Virus record (IMG/VR): IMGVR_UViG_3300033153_015063
Coordinates: 178,597-242,596 of that record
DNA length: 64,000 bases
Strand: one strand, 5' to 3'
Shown: in pieces, positions 55,351 to 63,481 of the stretch
Layout of the letters: each line of letters begins with the position of its first letter
Position numbering within the stretch: position 1 is the first letter of the stretch
Notes under the pieces: model-generated
Databases searched by the model: none
Told to the model about the DNA's origin: nothing
Seen by the model: only the letters and a program-made list of their open reading frames with translations
Position numbers and translations under genes: made by a program

Positions 55351-57001
55351 ACGAGATAAAATAAAAGTGAAAAACGAAGATTTCTGTGCTTTTAAGACAC
55401 TAATACGTCTTGGTAAAAATATAAAAAGGATGGACCGCAGTCTCCCACGTCCAGATACCACTTTCAAACAAATGATGAGAATAAAAGATATTAAACCTAT
55501 AGTAGTTGAATCCACCGATGAAAATGCAAAATTTAATCTTGGATATGTGGTATATGCTACGGACCCGAAAGAGACCAGAGTCTATAAAAAAATTGGGTAT
55601 GCCTCAAAGAAAAGTGGTTATCCAATTGAGGATATGATGAGTGTTCCACAACGAGACCTTATAGGAGTGACTGCCAATCCACTCTATCAGAACACCAATG
55701 GTATCTTCATCGGTGGAACTGGGTCAGCCAAAACTGTCAGGGCGAAACGAGAGGTCGAGAACCGCTATTTGAGAGGTAGACGCATCATCGTAGTAGACCC
55801 CAAAGGTGAGTGGGAACATGGCTTACCGTATCCCCAGGAAACTTCCAGAGAAATCCAGATGTTGAAGTGGAATGGCGAGGAACCAAGAGGTTTTCCTGTT
55901 CGTATCATCCCACCTCGATTCGATGATCGTATCGTTCTACACGATTCTGATATACTTTCGGCGGTTGCATCTTTACAAACAACCAACCAGAAGGCACAAG
56001 TGGCCATATTGTTGGGTGTTTTCAAATCACAAGTGGTTCCGACTCTTGACCACGAACCCCGTATCGGAGATTTTGTCGAGTTCTGCACGACATGGCAACA
56101 AAAACAGATGGATGGTGAGGGATTCGGAGACGAGGAAGAGGAAGAGGAATATGACGAAAAAGGAAAAAAGAAGAAAAAGAAGAAGAAGAAAGGTGTGAGT
56201 CTACCCCAGATTCAACGTGGACTGGAGAAATTGAAGGAACGTTATGACCGGGGTATGTTCGCACCAGTATTGGAAGAGATGTTGACCATGCCTCAACGTG
56301 AGATTGGTGTGGTCTCGGCCGGGACAGTCTTCAGAGGCGATCTGTATGGCGTTCTCATCGAACACTGGACCGGTCTGTTCTTCCGATATCTAATGCAGAA
56401 CACGTGCCCAAAGTGTTATGAGACATATACCAGTCGAGACCTCAACGTAGGTACGAAAATCTGTACAGAATGTGGCGGTCATCATAGCTCCGGTATCTGC
56501 CAGAAATGTAAATGCCGAGAGTTTAAAGTCAGGGAACCAAGCGATGAGTGTGTTCATTGTGCCGATGGTACCAAGGTGGTCAGAGTCATACCAACTGACA
56601 TTGTCCTTGAAGAGGTGCAGGAGGGAACCAGCAAGTCAGATACTCTGGTCAAAGAACTGGCACGTATCATGTCGATAAACAGGGTCATGGGTGGTGGTTG
56701 TGGTGTCATAATGATTACACAGTCAGCAACCGTGTTAAAGTCGTCTGGTGGTGGTCAGAACCCCATTTACACTAACCTGGGGACAGTCTCCTATGCCGGG
56801 GCCATGTCCGGGCGTCAGGATATTGCACCACTCAGAGAGGGTTTTGGAATTGCTTATGGTACAGAGAACACTGACGACGATAAAGTTCAAATCATCAGGT
56901 GTTCAGATACGAGTCTTGGCACGAAAATCTGCAACATCATGCCGCCGAGGTCCTATCACCCGATGTTTTCAGGATTCAATCCAAATAGGTTAAATGTGTA
57001 G
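55313..57001 (+). CDS. VirB4/HerA/FtsK-superfamily ATPase with zinc-ribbon insertion
   Basis: IGGTGSAKT, IIVVDPKGEW, IVLEEVQ and MITQS; CPKC/CTECGG/CQKC/CVHC insert before Walker B. Confidence 0.8.
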   Translation: MKTMGSLKEELDKRDKIKVKNEDFCAFKTLIRLGKNIKRMDRSLPRPDTTFKQMMRIKDIKPIVVESTDENAKFNLGYVVYATDPKETRVYKKIGYASKKSGYPIEDMMSVPQRDLIGVTANPLYQNTNGIFIGGTGSAKTVRAKREVENRYLRGRRIIVVDPKGEWEHGLPYPQETSREIQMLKWNGEEPRGFPVRIIPPRFDDRIVLHDSDILSAVASLQTTNQKAQVAILLGVFKSQVVPTLDHEPRIGDFVEFCTTWQQKQMDGEGFGDEEEEEEYDEKGKKKKKKKKKGVSLPQIQRGLEKLKERYDRGMFAPVLEEMLTMPQREIGVVSAGTVFRGDLYGVLIEHWTGLFFRYLMQNTCPKCYETYTSRDLNVGTKICTECGGHHSSGICQKCKCREFKVREPSDECVHCADGTKVVRVIPTDIVLEEVQEGTSKSDTLVKELARIMSINRVMGGGCGVIMITQSATVLKSSGGGQNPIYTNLGTVSYAGAMSGRQDIAPLREGFGIAYGTENTDDDKVQIIRCSDTSLGTKICNIMPPRSYHPMFSGFNPNRLNV

Positions 57002-57012
57002 GAAGTAGTAGT

Positions 57013-57186
57013 ATGATGAAACGATTAATATTAGTCATCAAACGCCGAATACAACTATTTTTCTATAACAGGAAATCAGACTATTGGAAGTGTAAGGAAA
57101 AGAAAAGTGACCCATACATGGTCAATTTTGATTATAAACGTCTTCTTCGGAAGGAGTGTGAAAAATATGACGCCAAAGGTGAGTAA
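57013..57186 (+). CDS. small basic protein (57 aa), missed by the ORF track
   Basis: Hand translation MMKRLILVIKRRIQLFFYNRKSDYWKCKEKKSDPYMVNFDYKRLLRKECEKYDAKGE fills the gap between the ATPase and the next gene. Confidence 0.45.
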   Translation: MMKRLILVIKRRIQLFFYNRKSDYWKCKEKKSDPYMVNFDYKRLLRKECEKYDAKGE

Positions 57187-57187
57187 T

Positions 57188-57616
57188 ATGACCAAAGAGG
57201 AAGAGATGGCTATCTGGTGCAAGAAGAACAAAAACAATCGCTATGTTCTCAAATGGATTGAGAAGAATCCAGCCGGAAAGAAGTGGGTCGAGAATGGTCA
57301 CACTGACCTTGAGTGGGCTTTCACCGAGATGCCACTCTACTTCAATGATATCGAAGGTATCGTTGCTATGATATTCATATCAGTCTTTTTCTTAATCATA
57401 AGTGGTTTTGCATATTATTTTTTGTTTATGTTTATTGTTGTCATAACCATTCTCGGTGCAGGTTTCTTGTTGAATTGGCGTGATGAGAAAAGGAGGTTAG
57501 ATACCAATAAGAGAGAAAATAAGAGAGAAAATAATGATCGAAATAGTAAGTTATTCCATGATACGTTCGATGCTTGTATGATAACGAGTAAGAAAGGGGA
57601 TGACACAGGTGAATAA
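57188..57616 (+). CDS. two-pass membrane protein
   Basis: Start moved to ATG 57188 after GGTGA; long hydrophobic hairpin. Confidence 0.65.
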   Translation: MTKEEEMAIWCKKNKNNRYVLKWIEKNPAGKKWVENGHTDLEWAFTEMPLYFNDIEGIVAMIFISVFFLIISGFAYYFLFMFIVVITILGAGFLLNWRDEKRRLDTNKRENKRENNDRNSKLFHDTFDACMITSKKGDDTGE

Positions 57617-57690
57617 AATGGAGATACAAATAGGTAGATTCTTCACGATTCTTTCTCTACGAATTAAGATGAAAAATAGTTGGTGACGAT

Positions 57691-59061
57691 ATGGGAAAAA
57701 GGGCAAAACAGGTAGCTTCAGGCTATGCACCTGGTAGTGGCACAGCCCAGCAGTACCCAGGTCAGGCTGCTATCCTGAATCTGGATGAAGGTACTATCAA
57801 CGAAATGGTCACTCCGCAGGTTGACCAGGCTATCGTCACTGGGCGTCTCCAGGAGATTCAGGACCACGCAGATGTCGGGGCCTATATGAGGGACTTTGAT
57901 AGAATTAAAGATAAAGCCCACTTCCTTTCCACAATCGGAGACCCCGATGAGTTAAAAAAGAAAGTCCCGAAGCTCGGACATTGTAAAGTCAAAACGCAGG
58001 ATGAAGTCGAGGAAATGTCAAAAAAGCAGAAGCGGGATACGGAGATACTCATCTATTTCCTGGTTGCTGTTCACATCGTTGGTTACGTTGCTGCGTTCGT
58101 TTTTGCATGGTATGTTATCTGGGGTATGGTCACCGGATTCTGGGGAAGGTTAGCTATCATTATAAACAAAGTTCTTAATGGGTATATAGTCACTGCACCC
58201 TATGGAGTCCCAGTTGTATTTCCTTTTACAGGAACATGCGGATTGTTTATAGGGACGTGGTTAATTTCCCTGGTTTGGTCTTCAATGCGTATTATCAGTG
58301 AGAAATTGGGTGGTTTTGCCGGTTTCTACTACATTATGGATGACAATATGAATGTCCGAGGAAGATTCTTCGCTGCTGGACAGACTTTGACAGGAACACA
58401 CATGGTCAGCGATACCGTCATGTGTAATGTATCCACTCCCGCTGAGAGTATCAACGAACCAAGATTCATAGCGGTCTGGAAAATGTTTAAAAGTTGGTTC
58501 CCGTTTTATCTGGGAAACCAGGTGAGAGTCGATAAAATAGTTATTTTCTCAACGAAGGATATGTTTTTCCCAACCGAGAATTACGCTAACCAGCACAACC
58601 AGATACTTGGTGAATTATACGATACTGGTTATTACTATACATCTGGACCGACAATCTATAAAATATATACATGTGACAAAGTTATGGCCTGGAACAGGAT
58701 ACCTCCTGGTGCTTACCCAAAAATCACCTACCAGGCGATGTCGGCCTACAAGGGTGTCAGCATACAGCTCCGTATCAAGGAAAAGAACCTCCAACTCCTC
58801 TTTACAGAGATTGAGTTGCTCCTTCGTAACAAACACATCACCGACAGGCACTTCATCAAGCTGGTCTCTGACCGTCTGACACAGATGGGATTGATTGACC
58901 GCCAGACCGGTGTCATCAGGGCAAAGTATGGCGGATACTGGGATAACATCGGAGAACGCCAGAAGCTGTCGAGTGGTTGGAAGCAGCTTTATGAGGACAG
59001 AAAGTTGCTCGAAGACGCCAAGGAGAAGTACGCTCCAAAGACACGCTATACGGGTGATTAG
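57691..59061 (+). CDS. multi-pass membrane protein
   Basis: Two to three hydrophobic segments followed by a large soluble domain. Confidence 0.7.
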   Translation: MGKRAKQVASGYAPGSGTAQQYPGQAAILNLDEGTINEMVTPQVDQAIVTGRLQEIQDHADVGAYMRDFDRIKDKAHFLSTIGDPDELKKKVPKLGHCKVKTQDEVEEMSKKQKRDTEILIYFLVAVHIVGYVAAFVFAWYVIWGMVTGFWGRLAIIINKVLNGYIVTAPYGVPVVFPFTGTCGLFIGTWLISLVWSSMRIISEKLGGFAGFYYIMDDNMNVRGRFFAAGQTLTGTHMVSDTVMCNVSTPAESINEPRFIAVWKMFKSWFPFYLGNQVRVDKIVIFSTKDMFFPTENYANQHNQILGELYDTGYYYTSGPTIYKIYTCDKVMAWNRIPPGAYPKITYQAMSAYKGVSIQLRIKEKNLQLLFTEIELLLRNKHITDRHFIKLVSDRLTQMGLIDRQTGVIRAKYGGYWDNIGERQKLSSGWKQLYEDRKLLEDAKEKYAPKTRYTGD

Positions 59062-60948
59062 ATGTCGTTAACAGAAGCGAACGAGAACGAGAATCGTTTC
59101 GAACTTGGAGGGGACGATGAGGATGAAGAATTTAGCCTCTCCAAACTACGTGAACAAGTTGAGGTGTTTGACAACAAAGACAAAGGTAGACAGGAGAGTG
59201 CTGAGGCACTTACCTATCGCTGGTTGGAGTTGATGTTGGAGGGCGGACGGGACGAGATACTCTACGACCTGAACGTTCGAGAGTTGGTGGATATCGTCCC
59301 ATTCGCCCGACGCATCATACACTCTAAAATCGGACATATTCTTGGTCTGATGAAAAAGATAGCTGGTCTCCTGTACAAATACGAGTTGTTCGGTGAGTTC
59401 TACAGCAGCAGGACGCCGGGTATGTTCGGTGAAGACTACATCTCTATTCAAGGAGAACTTATCGAGAAGCAACTTGAGATGATAAAACTGATGCTTCCTG
59501 CTCTTGGAGCTGCCGACACTACATTAGATCAATTATCCTCAAACTTCGACTCTATTGGCTATGAACTGCAGAAGCAGGCAGTACCGAAGATGATGAGAGA
59601 GACCATCGTGGTTCTGTATCTACTTGCCAGAGAAGGTTCTGTCGAAGAGGCAAATCTCCAATTAATGGCAAAACGGCATGGTATCGAACACGTCCAGAAG
59701 CAGGTTCTCGAAGGTATTGAGTTCGGATGGGTCGAACGTGATGAGAACAAATTGAAGTGGAAATCGGCAAAGATGAGAACCTTCATGCTTACTATAGGTG
59801 AGATATCTGCAGTTGAGACACTTCCCGAAATCGTGAAGCAAAAGGAGGAAGATAACAACGCATTACGTCGTCAGGTTCGTAAGTTATCAAACATCGTGTT
59901 TAAATTAAAAGGTGGTCACGAGCTACTGGAAGAGTTTGATATGAGCGAACAGGAACTGGAAGAAATCGCCGAGATGAGTCCTGGTCCAGACCCCGAAATC
60001 AAAGCGTTGTTAGATGTTTTCACTGGTCAGATGACTGGTCTGGTAGGTGAACTGAAAGAGAGTAACAGGATACGGGACGAAGAGACACGCATCCTCCGAG
60101 AAGAGATATCTGACACCAAATTCACACCTTTCACACCGCCACCCCGGATCGAGGAATCGAGTCATTTTGATACGACCGACACTTTCTCATTAGATGATGA
60201 CCAAGAACTCGAAAACATACCTGTTTCTTTTGGGCTCGATGACGTTACTGAATCCGATGAGATTGATGAAAGTGATGGCGACACCACAGCCACAGATGAC
60301 ATCGTTGAACCTGACAAAGGTGTGAAGAAAAAAAAGCAGAGGGAAATAACGGATGAGGAGTTGGAAGAGGAAGAGAAAAGAAAAAAAGAGGCCCGTTCAA
60401 TGTTCGAAAAAACCAAGTTCGAAGCAAGAGATTTTGTTATGTGTGAGTTTTATCTGGGCCCAAAGGAAATAAAAGAACTGGAAGATAGACTGTCTACTCT
60501 TGATGAAGGTTCTGATGAATGGATACAGACAAAGGTAACGCTGGAGATGAAACCAGATACACATTGTAAGATAGGCTTCAAGCCAACTACTCTGGTGATG
60601 GACAACAAAACATGTATGTTTCAACTCCCGGTCCCAGACGAAGATGGATTTTATTGTGGTGTTACTGCATTGGTAAATAAGGGGTATGATGATGAAACAA
60701 TTTCTACTCTACTTGGTGATAGGGCAGCTACCTTTAAATGCCCTCATTGTGATGAGTGGTTCAAGAAGGAAATCTCCCTTAAGAGTCATATAAAAAGAAA
60801 TCATAAAGAAGAGAAAAAAACGGATGTCGAGGAGAAGCTCCCTTTTTGTACCTGCCGGACCTGTGGTTACATATTCCATGACGAAAAAGAGTATGACCTT
60901 ACTGATGGTAAATGCCCATCAGGTTGTGGTAAGGTCGAAAAAGAGTAG
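59062..60948 (+). CDS. coiled-coil protein with wHTH-like segment, acidic linker, C2H2 zinc finger and zinc ribbon
   Basis: CPHCDEWFKKEISLKSHIKRNH and CRTCG...CPSGCG. Confidence 0.7.
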   Translation: MSLTEANENENRFELGGDDEDEEFSLSKLREQVEVFDNKDKGRQESAEALTYRWLELMLEGGRDEILYDLNVRELVDIVPFARRIIHSKIGHILGLMKKIAGLLYKYELFGEFYSSRTPGMFGEDYISIQGELIEKQLEMIKLMLPALGAADTTLDQLSSNFDSIGYELQKQAVPKMMRETIVVLYLLAREGSVEEANLQLMAKRHGIEHVQKQVLEGIEFGWVERDENKLKWKSAKMRTFMLTIGEISAVETLPEIVKQKEEDNNALRRQVRKLSNIVFKLKGGHELLEEFDMSEQELEEIAEMSPGPDPEIKALLDVFTGQMTGLVGELKESNRIRDEETRILREEISDTKFTPFTPPPRIEESSHFDTTDTFSLDDDQELENIPVSFGLDDVTESDEIDESDGDTTATDDIVEPDKGVKKKKQREITDEELEEEEKRKKEARSMFEKTKFEARDFVMCEFYLGPKEIKELEDRLSTLDEGSDEWIQTKVTLEMKPDTHCKIGFKPTTLVMDNKTCMFQLPVPDEDGFYCGVTALVNKGYDDETISTLLGDRAATFKCPHCDEWFKKEISLKSHIKRNHKEEKKTDVEEKLPFCTCRTCGYIFHDEKEYDLTDGKCPSGCGKVEKE

Positions 60949-60951
60949 TTT

Positions 60952-61032
60952 TTAATCTCCGAACCAGATGTACCACAGGGCATAGAGACCAACCACTACA
61001 CCAATCACGTAAAGCCATATTGGGATATCCAT
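60952..61032 (-). CDS. 26-aa single-pass membrane peptide, missed by the ORF track
   Basis: MDIPIWLYVIGVVVGLYALWYIWFGD; TATA-like ATAATATA about 21 nt upstream. Confidence 0.5.
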   Translation of the reverse strand: MDIPIWLYVIGVVVGLYALWYIWFGD

Positions 61033-61069
61033 AACAGGCAATCCCGAATGTGGTATATTATGTTTACTG

Positions 61070-61675
61070 CTAGTAATCCATGTGGAGTTCCATTGCTATA
61101 ACCCTTTTTTCCACGGGCTTTCTCCCAAGACCTTTGATGTCGCCCCAGAACAACTCACTCACACCACGCCATATCTGGTAATCCTCTTTGGGGTAGTATG
61201 CATCTCGGCTGAGAGGATTATATTCTTCACGTTCGGCACCCCAGAACTCATATTCGTGGAGATTGGTCAGTGCTTTGAACTCGCTATTGGTCATTTTCTT
61301 CGGGACCCATACCCACTTGTGGACCTTCTCACAGCCCATTTTCCCCTTATCCGCTATAAACTTCATCTCTCGTTTCTCATAGGGACCAATACTCCACCTG
61401 TCTCTGAAGGCTTCAACATATTTTGCTGTATGTTTACCTTCGGTGGACGTATCATCAAAAGGGGCGACGAATACGAATACTTCATCCTCTATCGGTTCCC
61501 TGACCATCTCCCGCCCCTCAAACTCTCCCCTCGATGCCACCTTCATCCTCTCCAGGAACTCCTCCTCCGTCAACTGAGGGCTATCCCCGACCGGCCCCTT
61601 GTAAACCGTAGCTCCCTCTTCATATTCATAGCGGTATCTATTCCCTGAACCCTCAGGTATCTCTACAGTGGTCAT
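61070..61675 (-). CDS. shared-leader family member 9
   Basis: MTTVEIPEGSGNRYRYEYEEGATVYKGPVGDSPQLTEEEFLERM; ATG at 61675 lies 23 nt after TTTATATA. Confidence 0.85.
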   Translation of the reverse strand: MTTVEIPEGSGNRYRYEYEEGATVYKGPVGDSPQLTEEEFLERMKVASRGEFEGREMVREPIEDEVFVFVAPFDDTSTEGKHTAKYVEAFRDRWSIGPYEKREMKFIADKGKMGCEKVHKWVWVPKKMTNSEFKALTNLHEYEFWGAEREEYNPLSRDAYYPKEDYQIWRGVSELFWGDIKGLGRKPVEKRVIAMELHMDY

Positions 61676-61726
61676 CAAGGAATACAATGGGTGTTGAGTA
61701 TATAAAGAGTTCTAACCTCCCCTCCC

Positions 61727-61771
61727 TTTTACGCTTTTTACGGTTGTTTGGCCTGAAAGTATATAAAGACC
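61727..61771 (+). promoter_or_regulatory. conserved promoter cassette, copy G
   Basis: TTTACGCTTTTTACGGTTGTTTGGCCTGAAAGTATATAAAGACC. Confidence 0.8.
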
Positions 61772-61802
61772 AAGATGCGGGTAAGAGTTAGGTGATGCAA
61801 AC

Positions 61803-62354
61803 ATGACCGACAGTAAACAGAAACGGACCTTATATGAACCCTTCTACATCGGCCACAACATCCTCAATCCTCGTGATATCGAGGATGTAGAAGAACGTGT
61901 GAAGGCCAAATCCAGACTGAACAACGGCATCGGACGGACCGCCGGAGACCTGTGGAACGACTGGGGGTCTGATGGAATCTACGATTTCCTGGTAGATGAA
62001 ATCGGATACAGCGACAGCCGGACCGTTGGGACCGGGGCCCGGGGTGGTTCCGAGTGTCCAGGGAACACCGGGAAGTTGGCCGAGATGTTTTGGGATGAAA
62101 TCGGAGAGCGTCGTCAAAAGAAAATCGGCGATGAGATGGATCGCCTCGGTCTCATCGAACCGGATCTCCCGAAGGTAGTAGTCGAAGAGGCTACTGTGGA
62201 CAATAAACCCATCTACAAGGTCTTTCTCCACATCAGCAACCAGAAGCTTCAGCTCTCCAATCGTTTCGGTCTGGATATCTTCGCCTACCGCCGGGACGCC
62301 AGCACCACCGTCGATGAGTTCTTCAATGCGTGGTGGAAAGAGAACAAGCAGTAG
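61803..62354 (+). CDS. hypothetical protein under promoter cassette G
   Basis: AGGTGA RBS; GC-rich codon usage; isolated plus-strand gene. Confidence 0.7.
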   Translation: MTDSKQKRTLYEPFYIGHNILNPRDIEDVEERVKAKSRLNNGIGRTAGDLWNDWGSDGIYDFLVDEIGYSDSRTVGTGARGGSECPGNTGKLAEMFWDEIGERRQKKIGDEMDRLGLIEPDLPKVVVEEATVDNKPIYKVFLHISNQKLQLSNRFGLDIFAYRRDASTTVDEFFNAWWKENKQ

Positions 62355-62417
62355 GCCCAACCAACCACTACCCCAAACCCTTTATTTTATCCCTTCTCTT
62401 TTCTTTATTGTGCTAAC

Positions 62418-63164
62418 CTAGAATCTCATGGCACCTAATCGCTGTTCTGCCACTTCACAATATTCCTTGGACATGTCTATTCCGATGAACCGACGCCCAA
62501 GCCTGCTGGCGACGGCTGTGGTCGTTCCTGCCCCGTTAAAGGGGTCTAAAACAGTGTCTCCAGGCCATGAAAAGAGTTTGATGAGGCGATATACCAGTTC
62601 CTCGGGAAACATCGCTGGGTGCCCAAAATCCCGCATCTTTCTCTCCGGGGCGATGGACCACTTAGCCGTTGTCCATTGCTTGAACTCGTCGCCATCCAGG
62701 TCGCTTTCGATCCCATCTGGTCTCTTCTTTGTGTAGGTATCTTTACAGAACACTTCGATGAACTCCCAGGTGTATTTGAGATATGGGTTGCTCGGGGATT
62801 TCCAGCTCCCCCAGGCCGTGTACTTACAGTTGTAGTTGTTCTTCTCCCACAGTATCTCGCCCTTCCATAGGAATCCAAGGTCGGTAAGGTCTTTTGTGAT
62901 GATGTGATGGGTTGGTTGATAGACTTTCCAGTTGGGTTGGATGACGATACACAACCGACCACCTGGTTTCAAAACTCCCCTTATCTTTTGCCAGATACCA
63001 TACAACCACTCGAAGTACTGGTCCCAATCCTGGACATCATCGTGGGTATCGTATTCTATCCCGTAGTTGTAAGGTGGGCTGGTCACTACCAGGTCAATAG
63101 AGTTTTTACCCAGAGTAGATATCTCATCGTAGGCATCTCCACAGATGATGGAATCTTCCATCAA
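62418..63164 (-). CDS. DNA methyltransferase (N4-C/N6-A, beta class)
   Basis: VTSPPY, HPAMFP and VLDPFNGAGTT. Confidence 0.92.
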   Translation of the reverse strand: MMEDSIICGDAYDEISTLGKNSIDLVVTSPPYNYGIEYDTHDDVQDWDQYFEWLYGIWQKIRGVLKPGGRLCIVIQPNWKVYQPTHHIITKDLTDLGFLWKGEILWEKNNYNCKYTAWGSWKSPSNPYLKYTWEFIEVFCKDTYTKKRPDGIESDLDGDEFKQWTTAKWSIAPERKMRDFGHPAMFPEELVYRLIKLFSWPGDTVLDPFNGAGTTTAVASRLGRRFIGIDMSKEYCEVAEQRLGAMRF

Positions 63165-63481
63165 AACCGCAGGCCACCGAATATCCGAGAACTCCAGATC
63201 CTGAGTGGCCGGCCGTGATTGTGGTTGACCCGGGTAGACCGCTTGAACTCATCGGTCTGGGTGCAGATGCCATCTTTTTTTGCTTCCATCATCACAGGAC
63301 CCATGATCCTTGGTTCTCTGGGAGTTTCGAGAGAAGACTGTTCTATCTTCTCCCATACATCATCAGTCGTGAACTTCCGTTTGGCCAACGCAATCAGACG
63401 CACGAAGTGGCCAACCTCATCTTTCCAGGTCTTTTCGTCCATGATAGGAAAACACCGGTCGAGTTTAAAAAGATTAATCAT
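63161..63481 (-). CDS. conserved phage HTH-like hypothetical protein
   Basis: FTTDDVW...EPRIMGPVM...HGRPLRIWSS. Confidence 0.6.
   Translation of the reverse strand: MINLFKLDRCFPIMDEKTWKDEVGHFVRLIALAKRKFTTDDVWEKIEQSSLETPREPRIMGPVMMEAKKDGICTQTDEFKRSTRVNHNHGRPLRIWSSRIFGGLRF

Noticed and set aside
56135-56190. GAA/AAG-rich low-complexity tract
   Set aside because: Simply encodes the E-rich and K-rich linker of the ATPase; not a regular tandem array.
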